Assembly: GCA_964571065.1 (NCBI GenBank)
Contig: CAZNBI010000001.1
Coordinates: 1 to 41,780, forward strand
Direction: 5' to 3'
From: an uncultured Rhodobacterales bacterium
GTDB lineage: Bacteria > Pseudomonadota > Alphaproteobacteria > Puniceispirillales > GCA-002684695
DNA: 41,780 nucleotides
The position numbers and the translations under genes are program-made. The notes beneath the pieces were generated by a model. It made no database searches and was not told where the DNA came from. It saw only the letters and a program-made list of their open reading frames with translations. Below, piece by piece: positions 28,886 through 37,706 of this stretch (its first letter is position 1; each line of letters begins with the position of its first letter).

Positions 28886-30111
28886 AGTCTGGTCATTTAA
28901 TGAATGCCTTACTAGGAATATATATTTTTATATTTTTTACATATTTATTTGGCCCACTTCTAATAATGAGTGTAACAGCTTTTAACTCTGCTGAGTTTCC
29001 TTCAATTACTCCTTGGGAATGTTTTAGCTGGAGATGGTTTAATGAAGGCAAAATTGCTTACGATGGACAAAAGCTTGCTGGTCTTGCGACCGACTGGAGG
29101 CTTCATGATGGTTTTATTTCAAGTCTCATTATTGGCATTGGTGTTGTCATTTTGTCAGTACCTATTGGACTTGCTGCATCAATAGTTTTAACTCAAGTAC
29201 ACAGTAGATTAAGAACAATTTTTTACTCTATATCGATTATGCCTGTTCTATTTCCTGGAGTTATTATAGGTATTTCTACCGTTGTGCTTTGGGATAGAAT
29301 AGCGACGATCGGTGGAGAGGGTTTTATATCTGATTTGGGGCGTAATGGAATTTTTCTAACAATTCTTGGTCAAACATGTTTTATTTCAACATACTGCTTT
29401 CTTATATTTGTTGCAAGATTACAAAGATTTGATCAAACCCAAGAGGAGGCAGCACTTGATCTGGGTGCAACACAAACACAAGTATTTTTTAAAATACTAA
29501 TTCCTTACTTAATGCCAGCTATTGCTTCTTCAGCAGTTATTGCATTCTTAGCTTCTTTTGAGAATTATAATACTACTGTTTTTAGTATTCTATCAGATCA
29601 AACATTGACTACTGTTATAGCTTCAAAGGTTCGACTTGGAATCAGTCCGGCTATTAGTGCTTTAGCGCTTGTAATTATTTTATTAACTCTAATGTTGGCA
29701 ATTGCCTATGAAGTCATAAGAAGAAGAGAAGATAAAAAGAAAGAAGAAAGACAAAATAGATTATTGTTTGAGGAAACTAAAGATAGCAGACTAAAAAAAC
29801 ATAATAAAAAAACTTTTAAATTACCTCGGTCAATATTTTTATTTTTATTGATAATTGTTTTAGGAGGCTTTGGATTGAACGAATTAGCTAAAAATGGTTT
29901 GTATGGAAATGAATGTGTAAAAGCAGCTGAAACAGCTAAAAAATCAAAATTTTCAGACCAATTAAAATTACTTCAGCAAAACGTTAATACTGTTGATGAA
30001 AATACACTTAAAGGAGGCACTTTGGGTGGAACCAATGATTATAATAATATTTTTGCTGATCCTAATCTATTCAAAAACTTTGGAGGTTTTGATAACAAAA
30101 CTGAAAAGTAA
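28882..30111 (+). CDS. ABC transporter permease (PotC/PhnV type) with a ~130-aa C-terminal extension
   Basis: 409 aa. The core is about residues 1-275 with the EAA loop EEAALDLGATQTQVFFKILIPY. A charged linker follows (RRREDKKKEERQNR), then one extra predicted TM helix (SIFLFLLIIVLGGFGL) and a ~75-aa hydrophilic tail. Confidence 0.85.
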   Translation: MKSGHLMNALLGIYIFIFFTYLFGPLLIMSVTAFNSAEFPSITPWECFSWRWFNEGKIAYDGQKLAGLATDWRLHDGFISSLIIGIGVVILSVPIGLAASIVLTQVHSRLRTIFYSISIMPVLFPGVIIGISTVVLWDRIATIGGEGFISDLGRNGIFLTILGQTCFISTYCFLIFVARLQRFDQTQEEAALDLGATQTQVFFKILIPYLMPAIASSAVIAFLASFENYNTTVFSILSDQTLTTVIASKVRLGISPAISALALVIILLTLMLAIAYEVIRRREDKKKEERQNRLLFEETKDSRLKKHNKKTFKLPRSIFLFLLIIVLGGFGLNELAKNGLYGNECVKAAETAKKSKFSDQLKLLQQNVNTVDENTLKGGTLGGTNDYNNIFADPNLFKNFGGFDNKTEK

Positions 30112-30124
30112 AAAGATATAATAA

Positions 30125-31291
30125 TTAATCATCATCTAATTCTTTTAATATCTCATCTGAATGCTCACCCAATGTAGGCACACCTCTAGAATAATTTAAC
30201 TTTGCATCTGAAAATATTATTGGAGTACGAACACTTTCTGTGTAACTTGTTTTTGCATTTTTATGCTTCATGTTAATTTTTAAATTTCTGGCAATCACAT
30301 GTGGATCGCTGAAAACTTCTTCTAAATTATTTACTGTTCCAACTGGAACTTTTGATAATTCAAGTAAATTTTTTAAATCTTTTTTTGAATATTTTTTAGT
30401 TTGAGAACTTATAATATCAACTAACTCTTGTCTATTTTGGACTCTTTTTTGATTGTCACTATACTTACTTAAAATATATAAATCATTTAACTCTAAAGCC
30501 TTGCAAAGTCTTTCAAATTGATCATTGTTACCAACTGCGATGATTAGATACCCATCTTTTGTTGGAAATACTTGATAAGGTACAATATTTGGGTGTTTAT
30601 TACCCATTCTTTTTGGAGGTGATCCAGAGACGAAATAGTTGGATGCTTGATTTGCTAAAACTGCAACCATGCTATCCATAAGCGAAAGGTCGATATGTTG
30701 TCCTTTATTATTTTTCTCCCTCATTGTCAGAGCAGATTGTATTGCAATAACTCCATAAAGACCTGTAAAAATATCAGCAAATGCAACACCCATTTTCTGG
30801 GGTTCTTTATTAGGTTCGCCAGTTAAATCCATAATGCCTGATAAAGCCTGAATAATAAAATCATATCCTAACCTATCAGCATATGGCCCTGTTTGCCCAA
30901 AACCTGTAATTGAACAATAGATTAATTTTGGATTTAATTTTGAAACAGATGCATAATCAAGTTTATATTTTTTTAGTCCACCAACTTTAAAATTTTCGAT
31001 TAGAACATCACTTTTCTTTATAAGCTTGTTAGCTACATTTAGATCTTCTTCATCTTTAAAGTCTAAAACAATTGATCTCTTCCCACGATTACAAGATTGA
31101 AAATAAGCAGAATCTAAATCTCCATTTTCTCCTTGAACAAAAGGTGGACCCCATTTTCTCGTTTCGTCACCTTCTGGGCTTTCAATTTTAATGACATCTG
31201 CACCTAAATCAGATAAAACTTGTCCTACCCAAGGTCCAGCTAACACTCTTGCAAGTTCGACAACTTTTATCCCTTCCAAAGGATATTTCAT
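30125..31291 (-). CDS. Family III CoA-transferase (CaiB/BaiF family; probable glutarate/dicarboxylate CoA-transferase)
   Basis: 388 aa. The N-terminus LEGIKVVELARVLAGPWVGQVLSDLGADVIKIESPEGDETRKWGPPF is the family III signature. The start overlaps the gcdH stop by 1 nt (TAATG). Confidence 0.85.
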   Translation of the reverse strand: MKYPLEGIKVVELARVLAGPWVGQVLSDLGADVIKIESPEGDETRKWGPPFVQGENGDLDSAYFQSCNRGKRSIVLDFKDEEDLNVANKLIKKSDVLIENFKVGGLKKYKLDYASVSKLNPKLIYCSITGFGQTGPYADRLGYDFIIQALSGIMDLTGEPNKEPQKMGVAFADIFTGLYGVIAIQSALTMREKNNKGQHIDLSLMDSMVAVLANQASNYFVSGSPPKRMGNKHPNIVPYQVFPTKDGYLIIAVGNNDQFERLCKALELNDLYILSKYSDNQKRVQNRQELVDIISSQTKKYSKKDLKNLLELSKVPVGTVNNLEEVFSDPHVIARNLKINMKHKNAKTSYTESVRTPIIFSDAKLNYSRGVPTLGEHSDEILKELDDD

Positions 31292-32481
31292 TAGAAAAAA
31301 GCTTGTAAGCCAGTCTGGGCCCTACCTAAAATTAAGGCATGAACATCGTGAGTTCCCTCATATGTATTAACAGTCTCCAAATTACACATATGTCTCATTA
31401 CATGGTAATCCTCCATAATTCCGTTTCCACCATGAAGGTCACGAGCCTGCCTTGATATTTCTAGTGCTTTACCACAATTATTTCTTTTAACTATGGAGAT
31501 CATCTCAGGAGCAATTTGATCCTCATCAAAAATCCTACCAACTCTCAAACTTGCCTGAAGTCCTAGAGCAATTTCAGTTTGCATATCCACTAATTTTTTC
31601 TGCCATAATTGAGTTTGGGCTAATGGCCTACCGAATTGCTTCCTATTTAACCCGTAATCTAAACTAGCTTTCCAACAAAACTCTGCAGCACCCATTACTC
31701 CCCAACTTATTCCATATCTGGCTCTATTCAAGCATTCAAAAGGTCCTTTTAAACCCGAAACTCCATCTAATAATTGTTCCTTTGGAACGAACACATTTTC
31801 TAAGATTATCTCACCAGTTACTGATGCCCTAAGGCTCATTTTGCCATTAATCTTGGGAGCGCTTAAACCCTTAACTCCTTTTTCTAGGATAAAACCCTTT
31901 ATTTTATTCTCGTGTTCTTCTGATTTTGCCCAAACAATAAATACATCTGCGATTGGACTATTTGAAATCCACATTTTAGAACCATTCAAAATGTATCCAT
32001 CACCTTCTTTCTTTGCAAAAGTTGTCATTGAGCCTGGATCTGAACCTGCATTAGCTTCTGTTAGGCCAAAACAACCGATATAATCTCCAGTTGCTAATTT
32101 AGGAAGGTATTTTCTTTTTTGTTCATTGCTTCCAAATGCAAAAATTGGGTGCATTACCAAACTAGACTGGACAGACATCATTGATCTATAACTAGAGTCA
32201 ATTCTTTCAATTTCCCTTGCTATTAATCCATAAGAAACATAATTGGCACCTATACCTCCATATTCTTCTGAAATTGTAGAACCTAATAAACCTAATTCTC
32301 CCATTTCCTTAAAAATTGATGGGTCTGTATTTTCATTTTTCCAAGCTTCTTTTATCCTTGGTAATAACTTTTCCTCAGAATATTTCCTAGCAGTCTCCAT
32401 TATCATCTTTTCTTCTGAAGAAAGCTGCTTATCAATAAGAAATGGGTCTGCCCAATTAAATAATGCCATAGATTTTTGCAT
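31291..32481 (-). CDS. gcdH: Glutaryl-CoA dehydrogenase
   Basis: 396 aa acyl-CoA dehydrogenase. The GCDH-type N-terminus is [36 protein letters not shown]. Also has [17 protein letters not shown] and the C-terminal [14 protein letters not shown]. Confidence 0.85.
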   Translation of the reverse strand: MQKSMALFNWADPFLIDKQLSSEEKMIMETARKYSEEKLLPRIKEAWKNENTDPSIFKEMGELGLLGSTISEEYGGIGANYVSYGLIAREIERIDSSYRSMMSVQSSLVMHPIFAFGSNEQKRKYLPKLATGDYIGCFGLTEANAGSDPGSMTTFAKKEGDGYILNGSKMWISNSPIADVFIVWAKSEEHENKIKGFILEKGVKGLSAPKINGKMSLRASVTGEIILENVFVPKEQLLDGVSGLKGPFECLNRARYGISWGVMGAAEFCWKASLDYGLNRKQFGRPLAQTQLWQKKLVDMQTEIALGLQASLRVGRIFDEDQIAPEMISIVKRNNCGKALEISRQARDLHGGNGIMEDYHVMRHMCNLETVNTYEGTHDVHALILGRAQTGLQAFF

Positions 32482-32590
32482 CCTTTGATGTTTAAATGGT
32501 AAATTTAAATTATTAATAATTTAATTTATATTTAATTATTATCAAATTTTATTAAATTTATACTTAATAAATATATAATGAGTTGAGTGA

Positions 32591-33712
32591 TTGACAACAA
32601 TCAAAAATATTGAGAGCTTTGTTTACCGCTACCCATTATCCAAACCAGTAATTACTTCGTTTGGTGTAATGGACAATAGGCCAATGTTAATTTTAAAAAT
32701 AACAGATAACAATGGCATGTATGGATGGGGAGAAGTATGGTGTAACTTCCCATTGACTGGAGCCGAGCATAGGGCAAAATTAATCGATAATGTATTTAAA
32801 CCTTTACTCGCAAATTTTAGCATTATTACTCCTGAGAAAACATACGAATATTTAGTATCGAAAACAAAAATTTTATCAATTCAGTCTGGAGAGCCTGGAC
32901 CAATTGCTCAATGTATTGCAGGAATTGATATTGCCATTCATGACTTGATTGGGAAAATTGAAAATATTTCTTTATGGAAGAAGTTTGGCGGAAATAAAAA
33001 TATAATTCCTTGTTATGCAAGTGGCATAAACCCAACTGAACCTGAAGTAACTGTTAAAGATGCAATAAAAAAAGGCTATTCATCATTTAAACTTAAAATT
33101 GGGTTTGGACTAAAAAAGGATTTAGGAAATATAAAAGAAATAAAGAATATATTACCTGAAAACTCATTTTTAATGGTAGATGCAAACCAAGCTTGGAATT
33201 TATATGAAGCTATTGAAGCTTGTAAAATATTAGAGGATTTAAATTTATTTTGGCTAGAGGAACCAATACCAGCAAATTCTGAAATAAAGGAATGGATCCA
33301 ATTAAAAGATAGTACAAAAATTACCCTAGCAGCAGGTGAAAATTTTAATAGCCAAAGAGAATTCTCATCTTTTTTTCAAAATAAAGTCTTTGGTTACCTC
33401 CAACCAGATATTGCTAAATGGGGTGGCTTTACTGAATGTTCAAAACTTATAAAAAATATAATTCAAAATAAAATTACTTATTGTCCACATTATTTAGGAG
33501 GTGGGATAGGATTAGTTGCATCTGCACATTTATTATCTGCTTCAAATGGCAAAGGTATTTTAGAAGTCGATATTAATGATAACCCACTCAGATCTGATAT
33601 AGTTGGAGATATCTTCGAAAAGAATAGTGGCTTTGCAACTTTAAGTGATATTCCAGGCTTAGGTTTTGAGCCTAATTTAAAAGCCATTAGTAAATATTTA
33701 GTTGCACATTAA
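32591..33712 (+). CDS. Enolase-superfamily enzyme (mandelate racemase subgroup-like; probable acid-sugar dehydratase or related) (TTG start)
   Basis: 373 aa. Has KxK (FKLKIG), metal ligands MVDANQAW / LEEP / AAGEN, and LQPDIAKWGG plus CPHY (Asp/His dyad-like). An in-frame TGA at 32588-32590 immediately precedes the TTG at 32591. The next Met would delete conserved N-terminal capping-domain strands. Confidence 0.8.
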   Translation: MTTIKNIESFVYRYPLSKPVITSFGVMDNRPMLILKITDNNGMYGWGEVWCNFPLTGAEHRAKLIDNVFKPLLANFSIITPEKTYEYLVSKTKILSIQSGEPGPIAQCIAGIDIAIHDLIGKIENISLWKKFGGNKNIIPCYASGINPTEPEVTVKDAIKKGYSSFKLKIGFGLKKDLGNIKEIKNILPENSFLMVDANQAWNLYEAIEACKILEDLNLFWLEEPIPANSEIKEWIQLKDSTKITLAAGENFNSQREFSSFFQNKVFGYLQPDIAKWGGFTECSKLIKNIIQNKITYCPHYLGGGIGLVASAHLLSASNGKGILEVDINDNPLRSDIVGDIFEKNSGFATLSDIPGLGFEPNLKAISKYLVAH

Positions 33713-33752
33713 TATTTTTATATATTAGATAAATTAATTTACTGGAGCTCTT

Positions 33753-35276
33753 ATGAAAACTGTTTTTGTTCTTTTTGACTCAATTAATCGTTTAATGCTA
33801 GAGCCATACGGTAGCAAAATTTTAAAAACTCCAAATTTTCAAAGACTATCAGAAAAGGCTGTTACATTTGACTCACATTATATAGGATCCATGCCTTGTA
33901 TGCCGGCAAGAAGAGATATGCAAACAGGTAGACATTCATTCTTGCATAGATCGTGGGGGCCAATGGAGCCTTTTGATAATTCTTTCCCGGAACTTCTGAA
34001 GAAGAAAAAAGTTCACTCTCACTTAATTTCTGACCATTATCACTATTGGGAAGATGGAGGAGCAACATACCATACAAGATATAGTTCACATGAGTTTATA
34101 AGAGGACAAGAATCAGATCCTTGGAAAGTTTTACTTGATTCACCAATTGATAGAATAAGAGAAAAGTATCACCCAAGTCAGAATGATATTGAGTCAATGC
34201 AAAACCCATATAATTATATGATAAATAGAGAATTCATTAATAATGAAGATGAATTCCCATCTGTCCAGTGTTTTAAAAGCGCTATTGATTTTTTAGACTT
34301 AAACAAAAATGCTGATAATTGGTTTTTACAGATAGAAACATTTGACCCTCATGAACCATTTTTTGCACCCAAAAGATTAAAGGAAAAATTTAAAACAAAT
34401 TATAAAGGCCCAATTTTAGACTGGCCAAGATATAACAGAGTTTCAGAAGATCAAGAGCACATTGATGAAATTAGAGCAAATTATATGGCCTTATTATCTC
34501 TTTGTGATGAGTTGCTTGGAAAGCTTTTAGACTACTTTGATAAAAATAATTTGTGGAAAGATACAGCACTTATAGTTGGAACTGATCATGGCTTTCTCTT
34601 GGGAGAACACGATTGGTGGGCAAAAAATAGGATGCCTTTATATGAAGAAATTTCTCACATACCATTATTCTTTTTTCATCCTGATCATAAACACACTTCT
34701 GGACAAAGAAGAACAAGCTTAACACAAACAATCGACTTAATGCCAACTATTTTAGACTTGTATGGAGTCAAAAAACCGCCTGAAGTACAAGGATATTCAT
34801 TAATCAAAATTTTAAATGATGATAAACCTGTTCGAAGTGCTGGAATGTTTGGTTATTGGGGAGGTGGAATTAATATAGTTGATGGCAAGTATACTTATTT
34901 TTGTTATCCAAAAGATATGCTCAACCAAGACTTATATCAATATACTTTGATGCCAACCCACATGACAAAATTATTTACTGTTGAAGAACTAAAAAGCGCA
35001 AGCCTTGCTGGACCTTTTGATTTCACAAAAGAGTTGCCTGTTTTAAGAGTGGCTCATAAATCAAAAGCTGGTACAAAAACACATTCATTTCATTTTCCAG
35101 AAAAAATGGAAGATACACAAAGTGTTATTTATGATGTTTTATCTGATCCTGGACAAACAAAACCAATAACAGATCGATCTATTTTTGATAGATTAAATAA
35201 AGAAATGATGAGGCTTATCAATGAAAATGATGCACCCATGGAAACAATTCTAAGAATGGAAGAAAGCATAAGGTAG
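33753..35276 (+). CDS. Sulfatase-family hydrolase, Cys-type (CxPxR), no signal peptide
   Basis: 507 aa. The formylglycine motif is PCMPARRDMQTGR (C-M-P-A-R). The N-terminal metal-site strand is VFVLFDS and a later motif is GTDHGFLLGEH. The N-terminus MKTVFVLFDSINRL has no hydrophobic leader, so the protein is predicted cytoplasmic. Confidence 0.85.
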   Translation: MKTVFVLFDSINRLMLEPYGSKILKTPNFQRLSEKAVTFDSHYIGSMPCMPARRDMQTGRHSFLHRSWGPMEPFDNSFPELLKKKKVHSHLISDHYHYWEDGGATYHTRYSSHEFIRGQESDPWKVLLDSPIDRIREKYHPSQNDIESMQNPYNYMINREFINNEDEFPSVQCFKSAIDFLDLNKNADNWFLQIETFDPHEPFFAPKRLKEKFKTNYKGPILDWPRYNRVSEDQEHIDEIRANYMALLSLCDELLGKLLDYFDKNNLWKDTALIVGTDHGFLLGEHDWWAKNRMPLYEEISHIPLFFFHPDHKHTSGQRRTSLTQTIDLMPTILDLYGVKKPPEVQGYSLIKILNDDKPVRSAGMFGYWGGGINIVDGKYTYFCYPKDMLNQDLYQYTLMPTHMTKLFTVEELKSASLAGPFDFTKELPVLRVAHKSKAGTKTHSFHFPEKMEDTQSVIYDVLSDPGQTKPITDRSIFDRLNKEMMRLINENDAPMETILRMEESIR

Positions 35277-35292
35277 CCTCTTTAACTGATAT

Positions 35293-36489
35293 CTAATTTT
35301 GGACTTTTTGAAGCTCTTCAATAATTATTTTGGAAATAATATTACAGTCTTGAACAGTGAATGTAAGTGGTATCCTCATATCAAAGGTTTTAGCTAAAAT
35401 TCTAAGTGTGTTTGCTAGTCTCGGAATATTATCTAAATATTTCCAACTATCATAACGGCTTGTATAAGCTACGGGCTTTTCATCACCAAACCATTTTAAA
35501 TCAACACCACGAGCTTTACAATTATTTATAAAAGACTTTATTTGTTCATTATTTAGACTATCAATTCTAAATTGAATTGATGAACCAACGAAATATTCAT
35601 CACTATCTCTATTAGGGAAAAAAATACCATTTTGTTTTTTTAGATTGTCGTTTAATACGTTATATAATTTATTCCATTGTGTAACTTTTTTATCTAATTC
35701 TTCTAATTGTGGAATAAGAATAGAAGATCTGAGGTTATCCATCCTGCCAGAAAAATTTGCTGTTTCTAGTTTAACTTGATCAAAAATATTTTCACTAGGA
35801 GAAGAAGCGTGCCTTCCATATAGCATGTATGATCCAGAATGAATTATTGCTTTTGCAATAATTTCATCATTATCAGTTGTAAGAAACCCCCCCTCACCAG
35901 AATTTATATGTTTATATGTTTGAGTAGAAAAAGCTGAGACCACCCCAAAGTTTCCTGATCTTTTGCCAGCCCACTTTGCTCCCATAGTATGAGCGCAGTC
36001 TTCAATTATTTTAATATTGAGTGAATTACAAAGGTTTACAAGTTTACTCATATTAGTCATATGACCTCGCATATGAGACAGAAGTAGAAACTTTGACCCT
36101 GAAGACTTGGCTTTTAATTCTAAATCATTAAGGTCTATATGAAAATTATCATTAATATCTATCAGTACAGCTTTAGCTCCAACATTTTCAATAGCTCCAG
36201 GTACAGGCGCAAGTGTAAAAGCATTTGCAAGAACTTTATCACCCGGCTTCACACCCGATGAACGCAAAGCAAGTTGTATTGCAACTCCTCCAGAAGTGCA
36301 TGCTAGGCAATATTTAGCCCCCTGCCATTTAGAGAACAAAACCTCAAGTTGACTTGTAATTGAAATTTCACCTTCATCTGTATTGTACCTATGCAATTTT
36401 CCTGAATTCATTACAGAAATTGCATTTTCAATACCCATAATTGGTATTGCCTCTTGTTGAGTAAACGATTTTTTAAATTTCAATTCCAA
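35293..36489 (-). CDS. DegT/DnrJ/EryC1/StrS-family PLP-dependent aminotransferase
   Basis: 398 aa. The PLP-lysine context is AFSTQTYKHINSGEGGFL. The upstream CTSGGVAIQLAL and EDCAHTMGA motifs are typical of the family. Confidence 0.8.
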   Translation of the reverse strand: MELKFKKSFTQQEAIPIMGIENAISVMNSGKLHRYNTDEGEISITSQLEVLFSKWQGAKYCLACTSGGVAIQLALRSSGVKPGDKVLANAFTLAPVPGAIENVGAKAVLIDINDNFHIDLNDLELKAKSSGSKFLLLSHMRGHMTNMSKLVNLCNSLNIKIIEDCAHTMGAKWAGKRSGNFGVVSAFSTQTYKHINSGEGGFLTTDNDEIIAKAIIHSGSYMLYGRHASSPSENIFDQVKLETANFSGRMDNLRSSILIPQLEELDKKVTQWNKLYNVLNDNLKKQNGIFFPNRDSDEYFVGSSIQFRIDSLNNEQIKSFINNCKARGVDLKWFGDEKPVAYTSRYDSWKYLDNIPRLANTLRILAKTFDMRIPLTFTVQDCNIISKIIIEELQKVQN

Positions 36490-36494
36490 TTTAA

Positions 36495-37688
36495 CTAATT
36501 ATTCTTCTTTAATTCATTAATTTGATCATCAAGATGTTTTTTAATCATATTTTTTAGATCATTTTCAAACCATTTGTTCAATGTGGGAAGCAATAGTTTT
36601 TCTATTTCAACTTTTATATTCTCTTTTATCTGGTTTTCCTTAATTAAATCAATTTTGATATCTTGTTTTAATAATTTACTATCTAAATCGGTTAAGTTTT
36701 CATTTGTAGAATTATTGTCAGTCATTTTTGTTGTTTCATGTGTGTTTTCATTCCAACCTATTTCCTTGATAATATTATTAAGTTTCTTTCTTTTCCACAA
36801 CTCATAAAATGTAAGCATTGCAATAGCAGACATCACAATCCCACCACCGTATAATGTATTTATTGCAGGCACCTCTCCAACAAAGTACCAAACCCAAAGT
36901 GGGCCTAGCGTAAATTCAAGCAACATAAATAAAGTAATTTCTGCAGCCAGCAAGTGGCGCGTTGCAATAATAAAAATTGCATGTGCAAAACCATTTAACA
37001 CTCCACCCCAAATAAAAGATAAAATAATATCATTATCAGATATGTTTATATCATTTCCTTTTATGATAATTCCTACTAGACCAATTATTAATGCTGGTAC
37101 AATTAATGTAGGCAACATATCGATATGCCTATTTTTTCTCAAAATTACAGGAAAACAAGAAAAGCAAAGCAAAGTAAGAATTGCCATTAAATTTCCAAAT
37201 GCGCTGCCACTGCTGATACCTTCGTAAACCATGATGACTATCCCAATAGCAGCAAATGCCATCATAATAATAGTTGGTAATTTTATAGTTTCTTTGATAA
37301 ATAAATAAGCTATTAAAGCGGTCACAAATGGAACTGAACTTAGTATAAACAGAACATTTGCTACAGTAGTGTTATCTAGTGCATGCATATAAAAAATTTG
37401 CGCGCTACCCAAAAATACTCCTGCTATAATTCCCCATCTTCCGATAGCAAAAATTTGTTTGAAAATTTTCGTTCTATATTTAAAAAAAAGAATTAGAATT
37501 AAGGCAGAAATCCATGAAACTGATCTATAAATATTAATCTGCCAAATGTCAGCACTTTCCATGTTTCTAAAAAGTAGAGGGCCTATACTTATGGTAATGC
37601 AACATATTATCATTAGGAACATTCCCAATCCTCTTCTGGGAGTTTGTTGCAGATTTTTATCTATTATTTTTTGAGTTTTACTATTCAA
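36495..37688 (-). CDS. EamA/DMT-superfamily transporter with a ~100-aa hydrophilic C-terminal tail
   Basis: 397 aa. About 10 predicted TM helices lie in residues ~20-295 (two EamA-like halves). A K/N/E/D-rich tail follows with heptad-like repeats (KQDIKIDLIKENQIKENIKVEIEKLL). Confidence 0.75.
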   Translation of the reverse strand: MNSKTQKIIDKNLQQTPRRGLGMFLMIICCITISIGPLLFRNMESADIWQINIYRSVSWISALILILFFKYRTKIFKQIFAIGRWGIIAGVFLGSAQIFYMHALDNTTVANVLFILSSVPFVTALIAYLFIKETIKLPTIIMMAFAAIGIVIMVYEGISSGSAFGNLMAILTLLCFSCFPVILRKNRHIDMLPTLIVPALIIGLVGIIIKGNDINISDNDIILSFIWGGVLNGFAHAIFIIATRHLLAAEITLFMLLEFTLGPLWVWYFVGEVPAINTLYGGGIVMSAIAMLTFYELWKRKKLNNIIKEIGWNENTHETTKMTDNNSTNENLTDLDSKLLKQDIKIDLIKENQIKENIKVEIEKLLLPTLNKWFENDLKNMIKKHLDDQINELKKNN

Positions 37689-37706
37689 TTAAAACGCCTT
37701 AAATAA

